Source: a bacterium
GTDB taxonomy: Bacteria > Zhuqueibacterota > Zhuqueibacteria > Oceanimicrobiales > Oceanimicrobiaceae
Length of the DNA: 33,060 nt
Assembly (NCBI GenBank): GCA_046757025.1
Contig: JBHHXN010000048.1
Span: forward strand, 1-33,060
Direction: 5' to 3'
Position numbers and translations under genes: made by a program. Under the pieces are notes generated by a model. It did not search any database, was not told the origin of the DNA, and saw only the letters and a list, made by a program, of their open reading frames with translations. Shown here one piece after another: positions 1-9,407 of this stretch (position 1 is its first letter; every line of letters starts with the position of its first letter).

Positions 1-732
<732 letters not shown>

Positions 733-794
733 TGTTGTTTGTTTCCAAAAATAATTAAATCTCAATGGACGACAGAGCCATGCACACTCTTATT

Positions 795-865
795 TGCCAA
801 AGAACCAAAAAAATTGCCCAAACCACATTCGGAATGGGCAACAGCCAATATAATTGTTAAAGAAC
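795..865 (-). promoter_or_regulatory. two boxA-like antitermination sites in the rrn leader
   Basis: GTTCTTTAACA (865-855) and GTTCTTTGGCAA (~805-794) resemble boxA (TGCTCTTTAACA). A TTGCCC..GGGCAA hairpin lies between them (~814-841). Confidence 0.55.
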
Positions 866-875
866 TAAAAGTCAA
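847..875 (-). promoter_or_regulatory. rrn P2-like sigma70 promoter
   Basis: TTGACT (875-870), 17 bp spacer, TATATT (852-847) on the minus strand upstream of 16S. Confidence 0.6.
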
Positions 876-935
876 GTATTTTTTTATATTAGTGCTGTTT
901 TTTTATGCTGCATTTTTTCAAATTTTGCAGAGTGT

Positions 936-963
936 AATATAAACATTTCTCAATTAATGTCAA
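936..963 (-). promoter_or_regulatory. rrn P1-like sigma70 promoter
   Basis: TTGACA (963-958), 16 bp spacer, TATATT (941-936). AT-rich upstream tract; a 16-bp spacer is typical of rrn P1. Confidence 0.65.
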
Positions 964-1148
964 GAGAAAAATAATATATTTTTGAAAAAATCACGAGTGA
1001 TAATTACGTGTGGTTTACAAAGCACACTTTCAGTGATATTACACTCTCATGAGCAGTTGTATATTAAATCAAGATGTATGTTTAACAAGGTCTTCACTCA
1101 TTTCTGCAAGTTTTCTTATACAATTTTACCTATTTCACTGCAATGAAA

Positions 1149-2387
1149 CTAAGAATCTTTCAAAAGCAAGCGATGATAACGCTTTTTACCTGCGCGCAAG
1201 GTAATGACCCCGTTTTCACAATTGCTCTCGTTTAAAATGGCATCGACACTTTCAATTCTCTGATGGTTTACATACGCCCCGCCTTGTTTAATCAACCTTC
1301 GCGCTTCACTTTTTGAAGCCGCCAATCCTGTTTCAGCAAGGATATCCACCAGTAACTTCCCTGTCTTTAAATGAGCCAAACTAATATCAGAAGACGGCAC
1401 GGCGCTGGCATCGTCATTGAACTGCCCAAAAAGGCTTTGCGATGCTTTTCGCGCTTTCTCGGCCTCTTGCAAACCATGGCTAATTTTCGTAGCCTCAAAG
1501 GCTAACCTTGCTTTTGCGACATTCTTTTCTGCGCCCTTTAAACTACTTAATTCCTCAATCTCCGGCATTGGCAGAAAAGTGTAGTACGCTAAAAATCGTT
1601 TGACGTCGCGATCATCTACATTCATCCAAAATTGATAGTATTCATAAGGAGTCGTTTTGGTGGCATCTAACCAGACGGCCCCAGAAGCCGTCTTTCCCAT
1701 TTTTTGTCCGCCAGCGGTTGTTATCAATGGCCAGGTGATACCTTCCGCTTTTGCTGCTTCTACCCGTCGAATCAAGTCAGTTCCCGCAATGATATTTCCC
1801 CATTGATCATCACCTCCGAGCTGAATAGTACAGCCGAATCTCTTGTACAGCTCTAAAAAATCATAAGCTTGCAAAATTTGATAATTAAATTCTAAAAAAG
1901 ACAAACCCGATTCCAGGCGTATTTTGTACGATTCGGCTGTCAACATTCTATTGACACTGAAATGCCGCCCAATACTGCGCAGGACATCGATGTATTTCAA
2001 CTCAAGTAACCAGGTGGCATTGTGTACGGCCAATCCCTGCTTACCATCAATTTGAAAATAACGCGCGATTTGGGATTTAATTTTTTCTGCATTTTTACTG
2101 ATCGCCTCGAAAGAAAGCAATTTACGCATTTCTGTCTTGCCGCTGGGATCGCCAATCATCGCGGTTCCGTCGCCAATGATGGCTATGGGGCGATGGCCAC
2201 ATCGCTGCAGATGAGCAAGCGCCATTAAACCTAATAAGTTGCCTACGTGCAAGCTGTCGGCGGTGGGATCAAATCCCACATACGCGGTCACTCGCCCTTT
2301 CGTAAATGATTCACGTACGTTTTGTTCGTCAGTGACTTGTTTAATAAAACCCCGTTCATTCAGAATATCAAAAGCATTATTTTCCAA
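1149..2387 (-). CDS. tyrS: tyrosine--tRNA ligase
   Basis: YVGFDPTADSLHVGN (HIGH), QLGGDDQWGNI, KMGKT (KMSKS), C-terminal S4 domain (SKSEARRLIKQGG). TTG start with AGGA upstream. Confidence 0.97.
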   Translation of the reverse strand: MENNAFDILNERGFIKQVTDEQNVRESFTKGRVTAYVGFDPTADSLHVGNLLGLMALAHLQRCGHRPIAIIGDGTAMIGDPSGKTEMRKLLSFEAISKNAEKIKSQIARYFQIDGKQGLAVHNATWLLELKYIDVLRSIGRHFSVNRMLTAESYKIRLESGLSFLEFNYQILQAYDFLELYKRFGCTIQLGGDDQWGNIIAGTDLIRRVEAAKAEGITWPLITTAGGQKMGKTASGAVWLDATKTTPYEYYQFWMNVDDRDVKRFLAYYTFLPMPEIEELSSLKGAEKNVAKARLAFEATKISHGLQEAEKARKASQSLFGQFNDDASAVPSSDISLAHLKTGKLLVDILAETGLAASKSEARRLIKQGGAYVNHQRIESVDAILNESNCENGVITLRAGKKRYHRLLLKDS

Positions 2388-2569
2388 TATACTAATCCTA
2401 TATTTGATTATTCCATGTTTCTATTAATTTACTTGTGTAAACTGATCTCAAATTTATGATGTTTCTGGTTGATTACTGTAGAGTTAATGAAATACCCAAC
2501 GACAATCGACTGGATTTGACGTATCCATTTATTTGTAAACTGGCAGTGCGAATCCTTTTTCAGTTCATA

Positions 2570-3028
2570 TCAATGGCGCTGCTTTTGTTTGAGTACTTTC
2601 CTTAATTCGCGGTCCGATTCCCTTTTTGCAATATCCTTACGCTTATCGTAAATCTTTTTACCTTTTGCCAACGCCAATTCTACCTTGACGTGGCCATATT
2701 TGAAATAAAGTTTTAATGGAACCAGTGTCAGTCCTTTCTCCTGTACTTTCCCGATCAACTTTTTAATTTCATTTTTATGTAACAACAGTTTTCTTGGCCG
2801 CAATGGATCGTGGTTATTGATGTTTCCGTGCGAATAGGGACTGATGTGCGCATTGAACAGGAATATCTCACCATTTTTTATGTTTGCATAGCTGTCCTTT
2901 AAATTCGCACGTCCGGCTCGCAGTGATTTAACTTCCGTGCCGGTAAGCACGATGCCCGTTTCTAACGTAGATAATATCTGGTATTCATGCCGTGCTTTCC
3001 GATTGGTTGCGATGATTTTTTCACTCAT
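2570..3028 (-). CDS. smpB: SsrA-binding protein
   Basis: [44 protein letters not shown] motifs. Confidence 0.98.
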   Translation of the reverse strand: MSEKIIATNRKARHEYQILSTLETGIVLTGTEVKSLRAGRANLKDSYANIKNGEIFLFNAHISPYSHGNINNHDPLRPRKLLLHKNEIKKLIGKVQEKGLTLVPLKLYFKYGHVKVELALAKGKKIYDKRKDIAKRESDRELRKVLKQKQRH

Positions 3029-3080
3029 AGTACAAAATTAATAGATTTCATGCCAAAAGTCAACATCGTCTTAAAAATTC

Positions 3081-3109
3081 TTGACTTTGTTGTTAACAAT
3101 TTTTACATT
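3081..3109 (+). promoter_or_regulatory. sigma70 promoter of tRNA-Leu
   Basis: TTGACT (3081-3086), 17 bp spacer, TACATT (3104-3109), about 30 nt upstream of the tRNA. Confidence 0.55.
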
Positions 3110-3139
3110 CTCTCGCAATAATATGTCGCAACTTCATTC

Positions 3140-3226
3140 GCCGAAGTGGTGAAACTGGCAGACGCGCACGGTTCAGGGCCGTGTGTCCGCAAGGACGTGT
3201 GGGTTCGAATCCCACCTTCGGCACCA
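3140..3226 (+). tRNA. tRNA-Leu(CAG)
   Basis: Acceptor stem GCCGAAG/CTTCGGC, anticodon arm CACGG-TTCAGGG-CCGTG, long variable arm GTCC-GCAA-GGAC, GGTTCGAATCC T-arm, encoded ACCA end. Confidence 0.97.
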
Positions 3227-3260
3227 ATAATCAACATTTTTTCATTTTTGTATTTGAAAA

Positions 3261-3305
3261 AAAAGCGGCAATAAAAAGAATTTCAACTTGTTTATTGCCG
3301 CTTTT
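3261..3305. terminator. bidirectional intrinsic terminator
   Basis: Inverted repeat AAAAGCGGCAATAAAA / TTTTATTGCCGCTTTT between the convergent tRNA and zinc-ribbon gene. Confidence 0.8.
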
Positions 3306-3309
3306 GCGT

Positions 3310-3328
3310 TTTTTGTAACCTACAAAAA
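3310..3328 (-). promoter_or_regulatory. candidate bacterial SECIS element for the zinc-ribbon gene
   Basis: TTTTTGTA-GGT-TACAAAAA perfect 8-bp stem; the loop begins with G 21 nt after the UGA. Confidence 0.6.
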
Positions 3329-3332
3329 TAAA

Positions 3333-3542
3333 TCAGTTCGCTCACGTAAACCCTTTACCGGGCAAACAACCACCCAGGCTCTGACCGGAATCGCTGCCGG
3401 CAGAAGCAAAGGTTGACAAAATTTTTTCTGGGAACGGAGCACCGCATTCAGGACAATTCAAATCCTTCCCGTCGGCGCCGATTTTCTGCAACACGTCGAA
3501 TTGAAATTCACAATTCTTACATCGATATTCATAAATTGGCAT
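3333..3542 (-). CDS. FmdB-family zinc-ribbon protein, candidate selenoprotein (UGA at 3344-3342 read as Sec; otherwise ends at 3342)
   Basis: MPIYEYRCKNC...CPECG zinc ribbon; ATG at 3542 with GGAG SD. C-terminus CLPGKGFT-UGA-Ala-Asn-UGA followed by a SECIS-like hairpin. The family call is solid; Sec readthrough is inference. Confidence 0.85.
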
Positions 3543-3557
3543 CCGGTTCTCCAAATG

Positions 3558-3719
3558 TTAATTTAACTTTGCTGTTTTATTCTCTTTTTTTTTGATTTCA
3601 CATTTCTCCGAAATGTCATTTGGATTTGTCATTCAAGTGTGGATCCCCAATCTGGGTAATACAAATTTTATCACAAAAAAATAACCAGCGAAAATCAAAA
3701 TAACCTCTAATGTCTCCAT
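3558..3719 (-). CDS. small single-TM membrane protein, candidate selenoprotein, 53 aa (METLEVILIFAGYFFVIKFVLPRLGIHT-U-MTNPNDISEKCEIKKKENKTAKLN)
   Basis: AAGGAG SD just upstream of ATG 3719; hydrophobic N-terminal helix; in-frame TGA at 3635-3633; the frame stays open to TAA 3560-3558, 15 nt before the next ATG. Not in the ORF track. Confidence 0.7.
3600..3616 (-). promoter_or_regulatory. candidate bacterial SECIS element for the small membrane protein
   Basis: ACATTTC-GGA-GAAATGT perfect 7-bp stem; the loop begins with G 23 nt after the UGA. Confidence 0.62.
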
Positions 3720-4077
3720 TACGACTCCTTTTTTTGACTTGTGATTAACAAGTTACGAATTCAAAAATCACACAAATGTCTTCGATTCATCAACATGATT
3801 TTTCCTGATAATGAATGAAAACAAACCCGACGATTACAATATGAAAAACTGCGCATTTATTCCTGGACAAATCATCTCATACACAAATAAACTATTTCAT
3901 TTTAAAATTAGATACAAAAGCCGTAGAAAAGATACCATTTTCTATTGTCTTTTTCAATCTCAATTTGAAATTGTGCTTGATTATTGATTACTGAAATCTT
4001 AATTTAATCATACCAAAAATCCTGACAATTGAAGACAAAAGGATTATTCAAAAAGCTAATGAAAAAAGGAGAAACCC

Positions 4078-4371
4078 ATGCCAACTTTTATTCGTCTGGT
4101 CAACTTGACTGAACAAGGCGCCAGAAACATGAACAAATTGCCAGCCATGATTAAGGAAACCGAAGACATCATGGAAAAACACAACACAAAATTGCTCCAT
4201 CTTTACACGACTTTGGGCAATTACGATCTGATAACGATCATCGAAGCGCCCGACGCCGCCACCGCAGCAAAGGTCTCGGCACTCATCGCAGCCCAAGGCA
4301 ATTTTCGAGCGGAAACCCTGGCGGCCGTGACCATCGAAGAGTACATGGAAGGCGGTGTGGAAGAAAAGTAA
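4078..4371 (+). CDS. GYD domain-containing protein
   Basis: MPTFIRLVNLTEQG...YTTLGNYDLITIIEAPD...ETLAA pattern; AAGGAG SD. Confidence 0.88.
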   Translation: MPTFIRLVNLTEQGARNMNKLPAMIKETEDIMEKHNTKLLHLYTTLGNYDLITIIEAPDAATAAKVSALIAAQGNFRAETLAAVTIEEYMEGGVEEK

Positions 4372-4440
4372 AATTATTGAATTTTTTTTCAGCTTCTGAA
4401 GATAGCGCAAAACAACCTTTTTTGAGCCGCCATCTCCATC

Positions 4441-5193
4441 TTAGTTTTTTGCAGTAAGCAATCCCTCACGTTGTTTTCTGGCCTCAAAAAACAGCAAAGC
4501 GGCAGCCACCGAAGCATTCAGTGAGTTGACTTTACCGAACATGGGAATTTTCACTAACAGGTCACAGTTCGATTTTACCAGCCGATGCAGGCCCTTGCCC
4601 TCAGAGCCGATAACCATGGCCAGAGCTCCAACCAAATCCGCTTCATAGTAATCCACATCAGCTTCCTGATCCGCCCCCACAATCCAAATATTCTTACTTT
4701 TCAATTCATCGATGAGATAATTCAAATTTGATACCTGCACAGTAAGTACGTGTGCTGTAGCACCGGCTGAGGTTTTCACCACCGTAGGTGTGACGCCCGC
4801 TGATCTTCTTTTCGGAATAACGATGCCATGCAAACCCGCACCGTCAGCAGTACGAATAATCGCGCCCAAATTATGCGGGTCTTCGATGCCATCCAGTAAC
4901 GCTAAAATAGGAGGCTCCCGCAGTCGGGCGCTTTTTTCGAAAATATCACCGATCGTGGCATAATCACGGGCTGTTGAAATGGCTACCACCCCCTGGCTTT
5001 TTTGATTTGCAGACATCTTGAAAAGTTCTTCTTTCGAAACAAATTCTACCGGCAGCCGGACTTTTTTTGCCATTGAAATAATCTCTTGGATTTGCACACC
5101 CTGTGCGTGCCGGGCAATAACGATCTTTTGAATCGACTTACCGGCTTTCAGAGCTTCCAACACTGAATTGCGCCCATAAATGATTTGTGACAC
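4441..5193 (-). CDS. rlmB: 23S rRNA (guanosine-2251-2'-O)-methyltransferase RlmB (SpoU family)
   Basis: IYGRNSVLEAL, LDGIEDPHNLGAIIRTA, GSEGKGL, IPMFGKVNSLNASVAA. Confidence 0.92.
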   Translation of the reverse strand: MSQIIYGRNSVLEALKAGKSIQKIVIARHAQGVQIQEIISMAKKVRLPVEFVSKEELFKMSANQKSQGVVAISTARDYATIGDIFEKSARLREPPILALLDGIEDPHNLGAIIRTADGAGLHGIVIPKRRSAGVTPTVVKTSAGATAHVLTVQVSNLNYLIDELKSKNIWIVGADQEADVDYYEADLVGALAMVIGSEGKGLHRLVKSNCDLLVKIPMFGKVNSLNASVAAALLFFEARKQREGLLTAKN

Positions 5194-5507
5194 TACTCAA
5201 CTCATCCCTTTTTTATCAACAAGCAATTGGTGAATATTCGTTGAAATGAAATTATAATTTTACAAAAAGTCAATCAAAATCAGAACCCTGTTATTATAAA
5301 CATATTCAACTAACTTGAACGATATTAAGCGCCTGAAACACTCTTGAACCCGTTTAAATAAATGCATTCGCCGGCAAATATATTCGCTGTTATTTGATTA
5401 CCTCAAATTATTGGTCGATTGCAGAAAACTTCTTGACATTTTGATAAAAAATCTTAATATTTTCTTTGCTCTTTCGCAATCACCACAATTGAGAGCTTCT
5501 GGAACTT

Positions 5508-5993
5508 ATGGTCAACATAAAACGGAGCCGTAAAATAAAAGGGGATCCCATCAAACTCTGGCAGCTTATCAACCAGGTTGAGCGTTATCCTGAGTGGTTG
5601 CCCGGCGTTGTTGAAGCTCGTATTACTTCTAATCCTTCTGATAACAACAGCGGTCTGGGAAGACAACAGCTGATCAAAACCGATATGAAATTGGGCAAAG
5701 GCGAATCGCTGCAGGAAGTTATTGCTTGGGAACCACCCCACAAAATCACCTGGCAGCATCTGAAAGACGTGGTTGACGGCAAAGAATTCAAGCACGCCAA
5801 GGAAATTAAAACTACCCTTTCAATTACCAACAATAAAGGGGAAGTAACCTTCCGCATGGTCGGCTCCTGGAAAGCGCGAGGTATCTCCGGGCAAATCATG
5901 AACCGATTTATGAAGCGGATAATGGCGAAAAATTTCGAAAAAGCCTTTAACAATTTGGAAAAAATTTTGAACAACGAAACCGCCAGGACCTGA
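5508..5993 (+). CDS. SRPBCC (START/polyketide cyclase-like) family protein
   Basis: LWQLINQVERYPEWLPGV, EVIAWEPPHKITW, C-terminal amphipathic helix. Candidate promoter TTGACA(5433)-16-TAATAT upstream. Confidence 0.8.
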   Translation: MVNIKRSRKIKGDPIKLWQLINQVERYPEWLPGVVEARITSNPSDNNSGLGRQQLIKTDMKLGKGESLQEVIAWEPPHKITWQHLKDVVDGKEFKHAKEIKTTLSITNNKGEVTFRMVGSWKARGISGQIMNRFMKRIMAKNFEKAFNNLEKILNNETART

Positions 5994-5998
5994 AGTAT

Positions 5999-6775
5999 TT
6001 GCACTCCATAAAAGGTTTTCTCATCGATTTAGACGGCGTTCTGTACGTTGAAAACAAAGTGATCGAGGGTGCCGTAGATGCCGTAAATTTTCTGCAAGCT
6101 CACCCATTCGAATGCCGTTTCCTTACCAACACGACCATGCTCTCCAGAAAAGCCCTGCTCAAAAAATTGACCCATTTCGGCTTTACCGCTCGCGAGCTGG
6201 ATATTTTCAACACGTGCGTGGTGGCAGCACACTGGTTAAAACTCCAGAACGTCAAACGGCTACACCTGTTATTGCCCAAAGAGGCCCAAGCCGATTTTTC
6301 AGAGTTTGAAATCACCACAGAAAATCCCGAAGCCGTGGTGGTCGGCGACCTGGGACGAGGATTTAACTTTGACGTTCTAAATCAGGCGTTCAGGTTGATC
6401 AAAAATGGCGCCAGACTGATCGGCTTGCAAAAGAATCGCTTCTGGCAAACACTGGAGGGGCTATCCCTGGACGTTGGTGCCTTTGTGGCCGCGCTGGAAT
6501 ACGCATCGGAAACCGAAGCGACAATCATCGGCAAACCCAATCGAGCTTATTTTGAAATGGCAGTACAGGATATGGGTGTACCTGAGCAAGAAATCGTCAT
6601 GATTGGCGACGATATTTTCACGGATATCAAAGGCGCTAACGCGGTGGGCCTCAAAAGCCTGCTGGTGAAAACCGGTAAATATCAATTCGATTCAATTGAA
6701 ACGGTCGATTTTAAGCCCGATTGGATTCTAAATTCCATCGCCGATTTACCGCAATGGCTTGCAAAGAGGATTTGA
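5999..6775 (+). CDS. HAD-IIA hydrolase (LHPP/HDHD2-like phosphatase)
   Basis: IDLDGVLY, FLTNTT, IIGKPN, MIGDDIFTDIKGA, LVKTGKY motifs. Confidence 0.9.
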   Translation: MHSIKGFLIDLDGVLYVENKVIEGAVDAVNFLQAHPFECRFLTNTTMLSRKALLKKLTHFGFTARELDIFNTCVVAAHWLKLQNVKRLHLLLPKEAQADFSEFEITTENPEAVVVGDLGRGFNFDVLNQAFRLIKNGARLIGLQKNRFWQTLEGLSLDVGAFVAALEYASETEATIIGKPNRAYFEMAVQDMGVPEQEIVMIGDDIFTDIKGANAVGLKSLLVKTGKYQFDSIETVDFKPDWILNSIADLPQWLAKRI

Positions 6776-6833
6776 CTTTTTAAGCGAAATCTAAAAAACA
6801 TCAGAACGCAGGTGGCGACCCACAGACGGTTTT

Positions 6834-7532
6834 TTACAATAAATCCCGCAATTCGAGTAGGTCGCGAATCTCCACGTCCGCCTGGCCGTTTTGCGGGAAG
6901 CTCCCGTGAGGATTAAAGTAAACGGCATACCATCCCGCTGATTTTGCACCCTGGATATCGATCTCATAGGAATCGCCCACATAAATCAATTCATTTGCTT
7001 GAGCATCGGCACAATCTCGCGCGTAGTCGAATATTTGCTTTGCGGGTTTCATGGCGCCGGCCTTGCATGAATACACTTTATGCACAAAATAAGATTCAAA
7101 CTGGGTGTTTTTTAACTTACGCTCCTGCGTAGCCGTAAATCCGTTGGAGAGAATGCCCAGTTGATATTTTCGAGATAAAAATTTGAGGATTTTTTCTGCG
7201 TTCGGCAGCACAAAGGCCTGCCTGGAATAAATTTCAAAATAGCTCTCGGATAATTCATTAGCCCTATCATTGCGGGCATTTAATTGCCGCAAAGTTAATT
7301 GAAAACGCGACAACCTGAGCTCCTCGGCACTGATTTCTCCTTCACCGTATTTCCGCCATAAAACGAGATTAATTTTATGATACACCTCCAAAAATGCTTG
7401 CGAAGAAAGCAAATGAAAGATTTCTGGATATTGTTGCATGAGCCTCAACAACGCTGTTTTTTCAGCGCGATTGTGATCGAACAACGTGTTGTCCAGATCA
7501 AAAAAGACCGTTTTAATGTTTTCAAATTTCAT
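6834..7532 (-). CDS. YjjG-family HAD-IA nucleotidase
   Basis: FFDLDNTLFD, ILSNGF, MKPAKQIF, YVGDSYEIDIQGA. Confidence 0.88.
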   Translation of the reverse strand: MKFENIKTVFFDLDNTLFDHNRAEKTALLRLMQQYPEIFHLLSSQAFLEVYHKINLVLWRKYGEGEISAEELRLSRFQLTLRQLNARNDRANELSESYFEIYSRQAFVLPNAEKILKFLSRKYQLGILSNGFTATQERKLKNTQFESYFVHKVYSCKAGAMKPAKQIFDYARDCADAQANELIYVGDSYEIDIQGAKSAGWYAVYFNPHGSFPQNGQADVEIRDLLELRDLL

Positions 7533-7802
7533 AATTTACAGGCCAAATTAACCATTTTCATTCACTAATACAAGGACAATTTCAGATAACTGTAGATTGG
7601 CAGAAATCAACTAAGCTCCTGTTTTTTGGTTAATATTTTTATGCTAAAAAACAAAGACTTACAAAAATATTGCCAAACAACAGTCAGATAGCCTTCTTCG
7701 CCAAAACTCAGAAATTTCTTTAGAGACTCTCAAATTGAAAGTCTTGCATTTACATGTGAGATTTATTAAATTAACCGCTTCAGATTACTGTGTACAAGGA
7801 GT

Positions 7803-8873
7803 GTGATGATGCAAGCAAAGAAAAGAATCGCGGTGATTCCCGGAGACGGCATCGGGATTGACGTTACCCAAGAAGCGATGAAAATACTAAACAAATTGCA
7901 AACCCTGCACGATTTGCCCCTGGAAGTGCATCATTTTGACTACGGCGCCGAAAGATATTTGAAAGACGGCGCCACCATGCCTGAGGAACAGGTAGAGGCA
8001 TTCCGAAAGGATTTTGACGCAATTTATATCGGAGCGTTAGGCGATCCGCGCGTTCCAGATATGGCGCACGCCAAAGACATTCTGCTGGGATTGCGATTCA
8101 AACTGGATTTGTTTGTAAATTATCGACCCGTCAAATTAACGGACCGCAAGCTCTGTCCATTGAAAGATAAAACAGAAAAAGACGTGGATTTTGTGGTTTT
8201 TCGAGAAAATACCGAAGGCTTATATGTCGGCATGGGCGGCATATTCAAAAAAGGTACCCCCGATGAAATCGCTACCCAAGAAGATGTGAACACCCGCAAA
8301 GGGGTGGAGCGCATCATCCGTTATGCTTTTGAATATGCCAGGCAAAAAGGGCGCTCCAAAGTCACCATGTCTGATAAAAGCAATGCTTTACGATTTGGTC
8401 ACGACCTTTGGCTGCGCACTTATGAAGAAGTAGGCGCGGAATATCCGGATATTGAAAAACAACATCTGTACATCGATGCGCTCACCATGCAGATGGTTAA
8501 AAAACCCGAGCAATTCGAAGTCATCGTGACCTGTAATATGTTCGGCGATATCGTAACCGACCTGGGGGCGCAGCTTCAGGGGGGGCTGGGGTTGGCGGCA
8601 TCTGGTAACCTCAATCCGAATGGCACTTCCATGTTTGAACCGGTGCACGGTTCGGCACCTAAATATGCTGGTCAAAACACGGCTAATCCCATGGCTGCGA
8701 TTCTAACCCTGGGCATCATGCTCGATTATTTGGGTTATCCAGATTTGAACACCGTCATCGAAAATGCGGTGGTAAAAGCGATTAAAACCAATAATTGTAC
8801 GAAAGATTTAAATGGTAAATTGGGCACAAAAGAGGTTGGCGATTTTATTTGTGAGAGGGTTGAACAGCCTTAA
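7803..8873 (+). CDS. 3-isopropylmalate dehydrogenase / beta-decarboxylating dehydrogenase family protein
   Basis: [43 protein letters not shown]. No other leu genes adjacent, so the substrate is uncertain. Confidence 0.88.
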   Translation: MMMQAKKRIAVIPGDGIGIDVTQEAMKILNKLQTLHDLPLEVHHFDYGAERYLKDGATMPEEQVEAFRKDFDAIYIGALGDPRVPDMAHAKDILLGLRFKLDLFVNYRPVKLTDRKLCPLKDKTEKDVDFVVFRENTEGLYVGMGGIFKKGTPDEIATQEDVNTRKGVERIIRYAFEYARQKGRSKVTMSDKSNALRFGHDLWLRTYEEVGAEYPDIEKQHLYIDALTMQMVKKPEQFEVIVTCNMFGDIVTDLGAQLQGGLGLAASGNLNPNGTSMFEPVHGSAPKYAGQNTANPMAAILTLGIMLDYLGYPDLNTVIENAVVKAIKTNNCTKDLNGKLGTKEVGDFICERVEQP

Positions 8874-8877
8874 AGTC

Positions 8878-9279
8878 TTAAGTATTTTTGATTTTATCTA
8901 ATTGCCGCCTTTCTTTTTTTGTGGGGCGGCCTTTGTACTTTCTCCTTCCCGCTTTATCCCATTCATTCAGCAGCTCAAAAAGCGATTTCGATTCATCCGA
9001 AAGGATCGGGGTGTGCTCCTGGTAGAGCGATTTCGCATCCTTATTTGAAATACTTTTGTACACAATATCCAGCACGTCGAACGTGCGATACTTACTTTTC
9101 GCTTTCAGATTTATCTGGTCGCCGATTTTGATCATACGTGATGGTTTGGCTTTGCGATTGTTGACCTTCACTTTGCCATCCTCACACGCGCGTATGGCCA
9201 GAGCACGGGTCTTGCATAGTCGGCTGATTTTCAGCCATTTGTCCAGACGAATCTTTTTTTCAGGAGCGTCTTCGGGCAC
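8878..9279 (-). CDS. S4-domain RNA-binding protein, Hsp15/HslR-like
   Basis: IRLDKWLKISRLCKTRALA...GKVKVN and C-terminal GRPTKKERRQLD. Confidence 0.9.
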   Translation of the reverse strand: MPEDAPEKKIRLDKWLKISRLCKTRALAIRACEDGKVKVNNRKAKPSRMIKIGDQINLKAKSKYRTFDVLDIVYKSISNKDAKSLYQEHTPILSDESKSLFELLNEWDKAGRRKYKGRPTKKERRQLDKIKNT

Positions 9280-9407
9280 GGTATCGTTGCTGATGCATGA
9301 AAAAGAAAGGTAGTTATGTAGAAAAAATACGACTTTTCCTGGAAGGAATCAAGTCCATTCTCGAACAGACGTTTGGGAGGATGCTTACAGGCGGGCCGAT
9401 TGTCGCC

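Noticed and set aside
2390..2569. T-box riboswitch upstream of tyrS
   Set aside because: No GGTGGNACCGCG T-box motif or terminator; only a short CAGTTTACA direct repeat.
3200..3260. Integrated element at tRNA-Leu
   Set aside because: No integrase and no duplicated tRNA 3' end seen in the window; flanking genes are housekeeping.
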